The notes below the pieces were generated by a model. That model was not told the origin of the DNA. It did no database searches and saw only the letters and a program-made list of their open reading frames with translations. The position numbers and the translations under genes are program-made. From IMG/VR virus record IMGVR_UViG_3300042347_000649, positions 1-36,135 of that record: DNA of 36,135 nucleotides; one strand, given 5' to 3'. This stretch comes from a virus. Its lineage: Duplodnaviria; Caudoviricetes. This document shows positions 28,412-36,135 of this stretch, one piece after another; positions within the stretch are counted from its first letter, which is position 1, and every line of letters starts with the position of its first letter.

Positions 28412-29859
28412 TATTTAACTATTTTTATATGTTGATGTATTTTTTTATTTTTTTGAATTTCTTGTAAGAATATTTGAAAATCTGGCCTTATTGTTTCAAT
28501 AAGATTTAAATTTTCGTATGTTCTATCAATAACAAATGAAGAATTATCAATAAAAATATTTTTGTTATGTTTACTTAATTTAGTACTAAAATCATTAAAA
28601 ATTAATGATGTTTCATAATCAGATTTAAACCAATCATTTAGTTTTATATTAGAAGGTGTAGTACAAATAAAGTTAACTAAATTACCAAACGGATTTGTCG
28701 TGTTGTTTGAAAAAATGTTATATTGTGAACCATTATTTAACAAATGAAATCCATATTGATTATCTCCTGTTGTTGTTAAAATTAAAGAAGTACTGAATAT
28801 AGATTTATTTGTGTTGTACGATGTTGGAAATTGACAACCAAAATTATTTTTATTTTTTTTGTAGGTTTTAAATGAATTGGAAAAAACGTCATTAATTATT
28901 TCTACGTTATCATTAGTTATAAACACTAATTCAAACCCATCTAATAAATTTTCTTCATATTTTATGATGTCTAGATTTTTTTGTAAATCATCATAAAACC
29001 CATTTATAAGTTTAACATTTTCTAATGATTGCAATTCTTCAAAATTATGTGAATTAGAAATTATAATAATGTTAGCATTATCATTTATTTTTTTTATGTT
29101 ATCTAATACTGATTTTGTTTTATCAAAATTGGAAGATTGTACTATTACACCAAATTTAAAATTTTCTTTTTCTGAGTCTGTTGGTATATCAGGAATATAA
29201 ATAATTGGTAAATTACTTTTATTTCTGACACTATATAACATTCTATTAACTTCCCATTCATCATTAGTCTGACCGATAGATTTGTGTGTAACTCTAATAT
29301 CAAAAATAACCCCAATATCAACACCTTCTAAATAATTCTGAGTACAAAATTCAACATCATAAAAGTGAAAACCTTCAACATCAGTATTAAAATTATGTTT
29401 TATTTTTTCTTTATTTATTACAATAAAAAGACCATCAACCATTACGGTTTTTAAAATTTTTTCATTCCAATTTTTACAATATCTTGATTCCCATTTTTTG
29501 CCTTGGTGTTCGTGATTTACAATACCAACCATTTTTGATTGGTCTTCCCACCATCTTCCAGATTCAGGAATATTTGTGGTTCCCGCAACACCTAAAATAC
29601 CAAAATTTGTTTTTTTAAAATGTTCAATTAATTTACTACCCCATCCATTTTTTTCAAAATAAATGTCGTCATGACATAAAACAACAATATTGTTTTTAGA
29701 TTCTGATAAGATATCATTATATACTTCAGTTAAAGATTTACCATCAGGATTAACTTTTTCAATAATTTCAACTCCTTTTATGTGATTTCCACAAGACCTT
29801 TTAAAATATTCTTGTAATTGTGGATTATGTGTTCTTGTACTGTATCCTATTGTAATCAT
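28411..29859 (-). CDS. Glycosyltransferase family 2-like with degenerate second GT-A domain
   Basis: SLTEVYN, VVLCHDDI, GILGVAG, VDGLFI, GFHFYDVEFC, VTHKSIG; the C-half has LVFITNDNV. Confidence 0.8.
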   Translation of the reverse strand: MITIGYSTRTHNPQLQEYFKRSCGNHIKGVEIIEKVNPDGKSLTEVYNDILSESKNNIVVLCHDDIYFEKNGWGSKLIEHFKKTNFGILGVAGTTNIPESGRWWEDQSKMVGIVNHEHQGKKWESRYCKNWNEKILKTVMVDGLFIVINKEKIKHNFNTDVEGFHFYDVEFCTQNYLEGVDIGVIFDIRVTHKSIGQTNDEWEVNRMLYSVRNKSNLPIIYIPDIPTDSEKENFKFGVIVQSSNFDKTKSVLDNIKKINDNANIIIISNSHNFEELQSLENVKLINGFYDDLQKNLDIIKYEENLLDGFELVFITNDNVEIINDVFSNSFKTYKKNKNNFGCQFPTSYNTNKSIFSTSLILTTTGDNQYGFHLLNNGSQYNIFSNNTTNPFGNLVNFICTTPSNIKLNDWFKSDYETSLIFNDFSTKLSKHNKNIFIDNSSFVIDRTYENLNLIETIRPDFQIFLQEIQKNKKIHQHIKIVK

Positions 29860-30242
29860 TATTCAAATACTTGTATATCAATTTTTTTTGTTGTTAATGG
29901 TGTCCACTTTCCAGTGTATCTTGTTGCCCTAACAATATGATTATCTATCCAATGATAATTCCCACCTCTTGGTTTGTTAAATAATATATTGTGATATTTG
30001 AACCCGTGTTTGTCTAACCATTGTTTTGTAACTATTTCGTGTTCATCGGTTCTTGATGTAAAAAATGTAATAATGTGACCTTCGTTATACCAACCATTAA
30101 TTATATCAACAGAACCATCATAAGGTTCACAATCTGACATTCTCCAAGGTTCTTCATTTGGGACATCTTCAGTTATTGTACCATCAATATCTATTAGATA
30201 ATTTTTGACACTTTCTGATAAAACAGGGCTTACGTTTTGCAT
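29859..30242 (-). CDS. HAD-superfamily phosphatase (capsule biosynthesis phosphatase-like)
   Basis: LIDIDGTI, FFTSR, TKQWLDKHGFKY, NKP. Start reassigned to ATG 30242, just after the dUTPase stop. Confidence 0.8.
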   Translation of the reverse strand: MQNVSPVLSESVKNYLIDIDGTITEDVPNEEPWRMSDCEPYDGSVDIINGWYNEGHIITFFTSRTDEHEIVTKQWLDKHGFKYHNILFNKPRGGNYHWIDNHIVRATRYTGKWTPLTTKKIDIQVFE

Positions 30243-30243
30243 A

Positions 30244-30840
30244 TTAAATTCCTGTTGACCCAAAACCTTTATTCCCTCTTTCTTTTTCTGTAATTTCAAC
30301 TACTTCGTGTAAACTAACCATTCTACCCGCATGTACAGGACATAAAACACCTTGAGCAATTTTCATACCCTTTTTAACTGTATATTCTGTATTATTTGTG
30401 TTAAATATAATAACCATAACTTCACCTGTATACCCTTGGTCTACAGTACCAGGTGTATTTAAAACCGTCAAACCTTCTTTTAATGCTAACCCACTTTTAG
30501 GTCTAACTTGAAGCTCAAGACCTATTGGGATTTCAAATTTTAATCCTGTTCTAACAAGAGCTCTACCAAATGGTGGTATAACTTTTTCTTCTATAGAATG
30601 TAAATCAAAACCAGAGTCGGTTTCATAATTGTATTTTGGTTCAACCGCAGAACCATCAATTTTTGTAAATTTTAATTCTGTAGATTTTATAAAATATTTA
30701 CCTAATTCATTTTCAATAAAGTCTTTATCTACTCCCAATTTAGTAAACATTTCTTCAGTATTTTCAAATACTTCACCACTTTCTTTAATGTCTTTCAATA
30801 AAGACATCATTTGTTTTATTTCTTTTAATTTATTGAACAT
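30244..30840 (-). CDS. dut: Trimeric dUTPase with ~50 aa N-terminal extension
   Basis: SGFDL, RPKSGLA, GTVDQGYTGEV, IAQGV, RGNKGFGSTG. Confidence 0.95.
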   Translation of the reverse strand: MFNKLKEIKQMMSLLKDIKESGEVFENTEEMFTKLGVDKDFIENELGKYFIKSTELKFTKIDGSAVEPKYNYETDSGFDLHSIEEKVIPPFGRALVRTGLKFEIPIGLELQVRPKSGLALKEGLTVLNTPGTVDQGYTGEVMVIIFNTNNTEYTVKKGMKIAQGVLCPVHAGRMVSLHEVVEITEKERGNKGFGSTGI

Positions 30841-31540
30841 ATTCTAATTTATCAAATTTGTTTATTAAGTCTACTAACGCTTGAACGTCTTGTTCGCAAT
30901 ATTCAGCAATTTTGTCTAACATATCTGCTTCCCAATATGAATGATGAACAACACCGCCTGTAACAGGACCACCTTTTGATGAATCACAACCCATAGCAAC
31001 CGATATCAATTCAAGTTGTGCAATTGTAAAAGGATTGGTACCATTCCAAAATTCTTTGGTGTCCAAAGCTTTAATGTCCCAAGGTTTTGTTTCTGCGGTT
31101 GGTAATATTGTTGCTGGTTGAAATCCATTAATCATCATTCTTTTGTACAGCATAGGAATATCAAATCCTTTAATGTTATGTCCGCACAAAACAAAATTAA
31201 TTTTGTTAACCTTATTAAGTAATTTAATAACACTCCTTAATAATTCTTTTTCATCATCCATTGCAAATGTTTGTTTCTGCATTTTACCTTCTTGGTTTAT
31301 AAACGCAAAACTAGCAACAACAATCTTGGCGAATTCAGGAACAAGAGCGGCTCTTGTTTCATAAATTTCATCCATCGTTTTATCTTTATCTTCAGGAAAT
31401 TTTTTAATAAACCAATCTTGGTACTTCATAAAAACTTTATGAAGACCAGGTTTATTTTGTTCCAAATCGGATAATTTAGAAAACTCACCAACAGTTTCTA
31501 AATCAAAAAATAAAAGACGAGTTTTAGGGTAAGGTAACAT
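30830..31540 (-). CDS. 3'-5' exonuclease (DEDD, PolB-exonuclease-related)
   Basis: FFDLETV, CGHNIKGFDIP, LDT, YCEQDV. Confidence 0.9.
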   Translation of the reverse strand: MLPYPKTRLLFFDLETVGEFSKLSDLEQNKPGLHKVFMKYQDWFIKKFPEDKDKTMDEIYETRAALVPEFAKIVVASFAFINQEGKMQKQTFAMDDEKELLRSVIKLLNKVNKINFVLCGHNIKGFDIPMLYKRMMINGFQPATILPTAETKPWDIKALDTKEFWNGTNPFTIAQLELISVAMGCDSSKGGPVTGGVVHHSYWEADMLDKIAEYCEQDVQALVDLINKFDKLEYVQ

Positions 31541-32748
31541 TATTTAAAAGATTTATATAATTCTGCTCTGTTTTTTGTAACAATATTTAAATCATAGGTA
31601 TCTTTTACAGTTTCGTATAATCTCTGTCCCATGTCGTAAGCCATATTTGGATTCTGAATAAGTTTTTTCATTGCCTTTGTCCAATCCGAGTGGTTTCTTT
31701 TTTCATCAACCAATATAGCATTACCATCAACAAAATTACCATTTTGTAAGCAATGTTTCAAGTCTATAGTGTATGGACCAACATTCGACGCGATAATCGC
31801 TTTTTTGTAAAAACCTGCTTCAATAACTTTAAGTTGTGATTTTACCCTATTAAATATATGGTCAACAATTGGGGATAATGAAACGTCAAATTTTGCGTAA
31901 TTTTTGGCATATGATGTAACAGGTTCGGTCCAAACCCTGTTATAAAACTCATCGTTGTTCCAAGGGTCTTGTTTAAACTTTAGTAAGTATTCCTTGTATT
32001 GTGGTGAAGTATATTCGTAATTATTTGTGAATGTTTCTTCATATCTCGCCCAAACAGTTTCTTCAGGTTTAATTGGTCTTTGTTTTTGTTCACCTGTCTG
32101 TGCGTTAATTTCAGTCATAGTACCTCTAATGTCAAAACCACACAAATAAAATTGTGACTTATTTCTTAAGTCTTCACCTATCGCGTTTGTACATCCTTTT
32201 AATATATTGATATCGTGTAAATGCGAAGACCCACCTAACCAACCAAATCTTAATTTATCTGATGGTTTAGTTTCAGCTTTAAATTGTGGTTCTTCGGGAT
32301 TTATAGAGTTAGGTAAAACAAAAACATTTTTATTAAATTTTCTTATTTCATTTGCAAATATTTCTGTAGTAGTTGTAACATATTTAGAAACTTTTAAATT
32401 TGCAATAATTTTTTCGTGTAATTTGTGTTGTACAACCATATGATGTGCAGGATGTTCTTTGGTTGGTAACCAATAATCATCCAAATCCATTACAGTTATA
32501 ACACCTAAACCATTTAAAATTTTAATCATGGTATTTGATTTTTCATAGTCGGCATTAAGACTTCTATGAAAACATACCATATCATATTTGGTCCAATAAG
32601 ACAAATCGTCCAAATTTGGATTATAATCAATATCTACGTGAAATTCATCAGGATATTTATTTTGTAAAAAAATGTGTGGCTCTAAAGACCTGAATTTACC
32701 AACACCTGTTCTATCGGATGGTAGTACTAAAATTTTGATTTTTGACAT
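31540..32748 (-). CDS. Glycosyltransferase (GT-B fold)
   Basis: MDLDDYW, VLPNSI, FGWLGGSSHLHD, FNRVKSQLKVIEAG, IIASNVGPY. Confidence 0.85.
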   Translation of the reverse strand: MSKIKILVLPSDRTGVGKFRSLEPHIFLQNKYPDEFHVDIDYNPNLDDLSYWTKYDMVCFHRSLNADYEKSNTMIKILNGLGVITVMDLDDYWLPTKEHPAHHMVVQHKLHEKIIANLKVSKYVTTTTEIFANEIRKFNKNVFVLPNSINPEEPQFKAETKPSDKLRFGWLGGSSHLHDINILKGCTNAIGEDLRNKSQFYLCGFDIRGTMTEINAQTGEQKQRPIKPEETVWARYEETFTNNYEYTSPQYKEYLLKFKQDPWNNDEFYNRVWTEPVTSYAKNYAKFDVSLSPIVDHIFNRVKSQLKVIEAGFYKKAIIASNVGPYTIDLKHCLQNGNFVDGNAILVDEKRNHSDWTKAMKKLIQNPNMAYDMGQRLYETVKDTYDLNIVTKNRAELYKSFK

Positions 32749-32770
32749 ATTCTATACTTCTTGTCCTGAA

Positions 32771-32798
32771 AATATAGAAATTTTATAGTAAAAATCAA
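32771..32798 (-). promoter_or_regulatory. Putative early/middle promoter TTGATT-N16-TATATT heading the glycan/nucleotide operon
   Basis: Sigma70-like bipartite element 22 nt before ATG 32748; no RTATTTAT here. Confidence 0.45.
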
Positions 32799-32799
32799 C

Positions 32800-33396
32800 T
32801 TATTGAACTTTCTTTATTTTAGTTACTTTTCCTTCAAAAATATGTTTTCCGACTTTTAATTGAAGAAAGTCGTTCGCCTTACTTTCATTTTCAACTATCA
32901 TTCCTGATTTTGATAGTTCTTCTTTAACTATGTCTCTAACCGCATCTCTCACTGTATCTCTAATCATTGTTTTTAACATGTTAACATCAATGTTTGATGG
33001 GCTTTGTGACATATTTTGTTCCTGCACTTGTTTTTTTGGTGTGGTGCCCATTAATTTTTGTGCACCTTCAATAATGTCATTAGATAAAAAACTTGTATTG
33101 AGTCCTGGCACACTTGGTTTATCTATTGGATTTTCAATCATTAATTTTTTAATTTCGTCAGGAAGTTTTGAATTTAAAATTCTATCTTGTGTTGGTGGAT
33201 TATTGTCGTAAGTTTGTACTGTTTTATTTTCTGTTAAAAACTCATCAGGTAAATTGTATGTTGCTGGTACAGGATTAAAACTTTCTACTTGAGGTGTAGG
33301 GTTGTTAACCAATGTATTATTACCACTTCTAGGTATTTCATTGTGTTTGTCCATAATTTTTTTAGACAAAGCTAATTTTGACATTAAATCATTCAT
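32800..33396 (-). CDS. Hypothetical protein (late operon)
   Basis: 198 aa; NSKLPDEIKKLMIENPI; contains LTE|N, VQE|Q and IVE|N. Confidence 0.7.
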   Translation of the reverse strand: MNDLMSKLALSKKIMDKHNEIPRSGNNTLVNNPTPQVESFNPVPATYNLPDEFLTENKTVQTYDNNPPTQDRILNSKLPDEIKKLMIENPIDKPSVPGLNTSFLSNDIIEGAQKLMGTTPKKQVQEQNMSQSPSNIDVNMLKTMIRDTVRDAVRDIVKEELSKSGMIVENESKANDFLQLKVGKHIFEGKVTKIKKVQ

Positions 33397-33402
33397 ATTT
33401 TT

Positions 33403-33783
33403 TTATATAGTTGCGTTTATATATACTGTAGTCATTAGTTTATCACCATTTGGATTATAATTCGATGGTAACGTATCAAATGTTTCACCAGTTCTTTGAA
33501 ATGTAAAGGTTTTATCAACCCTAAATAGTCTCCAACCTGGTAAAACTTTTTTACCAATTGCGACACTATGTGATGCGCCTTCAGGTTCGTAAGCCCTCAA
33601 AACAATATTTCCTTTAAGTGAACGACCTAAACACACAGGGTAAACTGTTCTATATCCTTTACCACCTGGTTCATCACCATCGTATGTGATAATAATAACG
33701 TCCCTATTTTTGATGGCTCTTTGTAAGTCATCAAATGATACGGCTTCATTAATAAAACTTTTAATGGTGTGTAATAATTTCAT
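33403..33783 (-). CDS. Stand-alone WYL-domain protein
   Basis: LQRAIKNRDVIIITY...YRTVYPVCLG...VLRAY...WRLFRVDK matches the WYL fold pattern; no HTH. Confidence 0.8.
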   Translation of the reverse strand: MKLLHTIKSFINEAVSFDDLQRAIKNRDVIIITYDGDEPGGKGYRTVYPVCLGRSLKGNIVLRAYEPEGASHSVAIGKKVLPGWRLFRVDKTFTFQRTGETFDTLPSNYNPNGDKLMTTVYINATI

Positions 33784-34085
33784 TATTGTGGGATTGTGTA
33801 TGGGTTTTTGTTGTTATATTTGTTCGTTTTAATGTTATCAACTCTTTCAATAACATCTTCTGATGTTCCAATTTTATCATTATTAACATCTAAAAAACCA
33901 CCAGTACCTCTACCTAAAGAATCACCATCTGAAAGAGCGTCTTTATTTGTTGGTCCATATTGATTTTTTGTGTTATAATCATTTCTTGGAAATAATTTAG
34001 ACCTTTGTTGTTCAGCGTAAAAACTCATTTGGTTATTATCTGGGTCAGGTTGTGAAAAATCTAATTTATCGTTTTGTGTACTCAT
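33783..34085 (-). CDS. Hypothetical protein
   Basis: 100 aa; DALSDGDSLGRGTG; two N-x-Y-N-x-K-N-x-Y repeats. Confidence 0.7.
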   Translation of the reverse strand: MSTQNDKLDFSQPDPDNNQMSFYAEQQRSKLFPRNDYNTKNQYGPTNKDALSDGDSLGRGTGGFLDVNNDKIGTSEDVIERVDNIKTNKYNNKNPYTIPQ

Positions 34086-34549
34086 AATATTAATTTATTA
34101 AACCATTCGTTTATTCTTTCAATTTCTTCAGATATACCAGCAATTCTTTGACTTCTTTTTTTGTGTGAATGCTTAGGTCTAAAATCTGTTCTTAAATCGT
34201 CATTTTTTGTATGGGTTTTTATAAACTGATTCGCAATTGCCGCGTCGCTTTTTATTTGTTTTGGTAATCTCTTAGATTCCCTTGAGCTTTCTAATGTATG
34301 GTCAATCCAACCTTTTAAAGCACTTCCTCCTAAAATTTGAAATTCAGGGCTTGTAGAATCTCCACTACTTTCAAACCAGTTTTTTATTCTTTTTAATTGT
34401 TGATATGTTGCATAACCTGTATCGGACAATTCTTGAGCCCTTTTAACATTCTCAACACTTTGATTAGAATATTTCGAAATCGATTTTCTTAAAATATCTA
34501 ATATGTGTTTCGGAATCTCATAATGTTGTCCGTACAATTCTTTATTCAT
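34082..34549 (-). CDS. Hypothetical protein
   Basis: 155 aa, coupled to neighbours; RAQEL...QLKRIKNWF...LGG..LKGW. Confidence 0.7.
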   Translation of the reverse strand: MNKELYGQHYEIPKHILDILRKSISKYSNQSVENVKRAQELSDTGYATYQQLKRIKNWFESSGDSTSPEFQILGGSALKGWIDHTLESSRESKRLPKQIKSDAAIANQFIKTHTKNDDLRTDFRPKHSHKKRSQRIAGISEEIERINEWFNKLIL

Positions 34550-35243
34550 CTTTCAACATTTTTATTAATTCGTTTAATGTGATACCTTCTTTTTCCGCTT
34601 GTCTTTTTACGAAATCAACATTTTTTTTCAATATCTTTGATGATAATTTATCTTTTTTATTAATATCACCATCAGTTTTAATTTTTTTAACAATAATATC
34701 TTCAGTCACTTCATCTTCAATCTCAAAAAGTCTTTGAGTTTTTTTCTTACCAGGTATTTTACCCATTTCTTTTGCTCTTTCTTCAGCGTCAGACTCAATT
34801 TCTTTTTTCTTTGATTTTGATTCCGCGTCATCAATACCTAATAAATCTGATAAAAATTCTACAGTTTCATCATAAGACATAAAATCAGTATCTTCTTCAC
34901 GACCAAAAACTTTACTCATATCTTCTTCATAAAAATGTCTTCTATATCCCATTCTGAATATATCATAAACATTTCTAGCCATTGCAACGGTTTGGTCCAT
35001 AGTTTTCTTTGGGTGAACATGCGGGTCCAATATTGGAATTTTTGAACTTAAAAAAGTACCGTCTTTATCAACTAATTCATCAATTTCACCTTCAGGGTTT
35101 TCTTTTTTCTTAGTTACTTCCAAATATCTTTCATGTGACTTGCATGGCATGAATTTACCATCTTTCATTTCATGGGTACCAATACAACCTAATTCTTTAG
35201 CCTGCATTATAGCTTCTTTCTTTGTTTTGTACTTATGTGACAT
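34542..35243 (-). CDS. Hypothetical protein with N-terminal DUF3721-like Cys/His module
   Basis: YKTKKEAIMQAKELGCIGTHEMKDGKFMPCKSH. Start reassigned to ATG 35243, downstream of a promoter motif. Confidence 0.65.
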   Translation of the reverse strand: MSHKYKTKKEAIMQAKELGCIGTHEMKDGKFMPCKSHERYLEVTKKKENPEGEIDELVDKDGTFLSSKIPILDPHVHPKKTMDQTVAMARNVYDIFRMGYRRHFYEEDMSKVFGREEDTDFMSYDETVEFLSDLLGIDDAESKSKKKEIESDAEERAKEMGKIPGKKKTQRLFEIEDEVTEDIIVKKIKTDGDINKKDKLSSKILKKNVDFVKRQAEKEGITLNELIKMLKDE

Positions 35244-35261
35244 TCGCCAATTACTTTTACT

Positions 35262-35287
35262 ATAAATACAATCTTCTTTGTATTTAT
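35262..35287. promoter_or_regulatory. Back-to-back divergent late promoter elements (GTATTTAT on each strand)
   Basis: ataaatac 35262-35269 (minus) and gtatttat 35280-35287 (plus), 18 and 6 nt from their ATGs. Confidence 0.7.
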
Positions 35288-35293
35288 TTATGA

Positions 35294-36135
35294 ATGGCAA
35301 CTCAGAACATTAACAACTATTACTTTAGAAGGTTTGACGCATATACGGATGACAGTGAATACACTGATTTTTTTCTTGTTGCAGATGAAAAACAATATGA
35401 TGAAGAAGTAATTTTTTCAAATTATTTAATTGGATATAATGATGGACAAAGATTACCAATATCAATTGAGTTATCAAATTCTGGTTGTTCGCAAAATTTT
35501 ACATTAGATTATGGTGATTATTTAACGGGTAATACAATAGTATCATTAAACAACTATAATGATAATCCATTAAATAACACTTGTTATAGCGCGTTTACAG
35601 GTGCGTGTGATGTTGGATTAACAGGTATTGATAATGGTTTAGTTACAGAAATGACAGGAAACACTTTGTATTATTCTATGGGTATAAGAGATGATTATAA
35701 ATTTAATCCTTTATACTACGATAGAAGATTTAAAATGAGACCTGTAACGGGTTATACTCAAAGTCCAAATACTAGATTTTCAGGTATTACTGCACAGACT
35801 TTATATAATATTGTAACACAGACAGCAACAACCATAGGTCAATATTATGAATTATACGGTGGTTATTTACAAGGTTTTTATCAGTTGTGGGGTTATGATT
35901 ATAAAGTTTTACCTGAAAGAATGAATAAAGGTTGGACTGTAGAAATGTTGTTGAAACCAAGATTAACTGACATTTATACACCAAGTTCTGCTGAAACAAC
36001 GCTCAATCTTACATATCCCGATAATTCAGGTACATTTTTCTTTATGGGAACAAGAGCTGAAAATAAATTTTGGCATTATGCATCGGGTTCTAATTCGGGG
36101 GATACTGGTTATACAAGAGTTACTGAAAGTTTATC
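35294..36135 (+). CDS. Putative virion structural protein, N-terminal part (not in ORF track; runs off window)
   Basis: ATG 35294 opens MATQNINNYYFRRFDAY...CDVGLTGIDNGL...GYLQGFYQLWGYDYKVLPERMNKGWTVEMLLKP...FFFMGTRAENKF with no stop to the window end; T/G/N/Y-rich. Confidence 0.8.
   Translation, partial: MATQNINNYYFRRFDAYTDDSEYTDFFLVADEKQYDEEVIFSNYLIGYNDGQRLPISIELSNSGCSQNFTLDYGDYLTGNTIVSLNNYNDNPLNNTCYSAFTGACDVGLTGIDNGLVTEMTGNTLYYSMGIRDDYKFNPLYYDRRFKMRPVTGYTQSPNTRFSGITAQTLYNIVTQTATTIGQYYELYGGYLQGFYQLWGYDYKVLPERMNKGWTVEMLLKPRLTDIYTPSSAETTLNLTYPDNSGTFFFMGTRAENKFWHYASGSNSGDTGYTRVTESL

Noticed and set aside
30243-30299. Extended start of the HAD ORF overlapping dUTPase
   Set aside because: ATG 30242 directly after the dUTPase stop is more parsimonious
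15917-32748. Bacterial O-antigen/capsule locus or chimeric host DNA
   Set aside because: Interleaved with phage-type PhoH, dUTPase, exonuclease and sigma genes, continuous with virion genes, and lacks wzx/wzy/wzm/priming transferase
345-35999. Numerous short antisense or alternate-frame ORFs in the track (e.g. 345-629, 434-748, 2038-2349, 2788-3168, 7698-8036, 14726-15022, 22325-22630, 35787-35999)
   Set aside because: They lie within longer motif-supported genes and have F/L/S/I-rich shadow composition
1-36135. Alternative genetic code (stop reassignment) as seen in some huge phages
   Set aside because: The standard code gives full-length genes with near-complete coding density
1-36135. 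CRISPR array, tRNA, intron/intein or IS element
   Set aside because: No repeat-spacer pattern, intergenic gaps are too short, and no transposase, homing endonuclease or intein motifs were recognised; the MCP insertion has no intein-like termini that I could see

Overview
AT-rich 36 kb segment of a large (jumbo/huge) T4-related tailed phage genome, most likely infecting Bacteroidota. The host inference rests on a Flavobacterium-type bS21, a DUF4494-like gene and A-rich leaders without Shine-Dalgarno sites. 1-8.6 kb is the head module: portal C-terminus, prohead protease, acidic scaffold and a 608-aa gp23-like major capsid protein, with a ribosomal protein bS21 gene embedded on the opposite strand. 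8.6-15.1 kb holds minus-strand virion and baseplate genes. 15.2-32.7 kb is one long minus-strand run with about 10 glycosyltransferase-like genes (including a blood-group-type GT6 and an HtrL-like gene), a carbamoyltransferase, a radical SAM enzyme, a methyltransferase, two HAD phosphatases, PhoH, dUTPase, a 3'-5' exonuclease and a gp55-like late sigma factor. 32.8-36.1 kb holds putative head-internal proteins (one a stand-alone WYL domain) and an unlisted virion ORF running off the end. The most interesting signals are: (i) a recurrent [S/T]-G-x-[S/T] motif concentrated in putative outer virion proteins next to a large glycan-building locus, suggesting a phage-encoded virion glycosylation system with its own sequon (hypothesis); (ii) a conserved RTATTTAT element just upstream of ten late genes including bS21; (iii) a bS21 that keeps Tyr54 but has no SD; (iv) modular head-cargo polyproteins punctuated by likely prohead-protease sites. 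All family assignments are by motif recognition, not database search.
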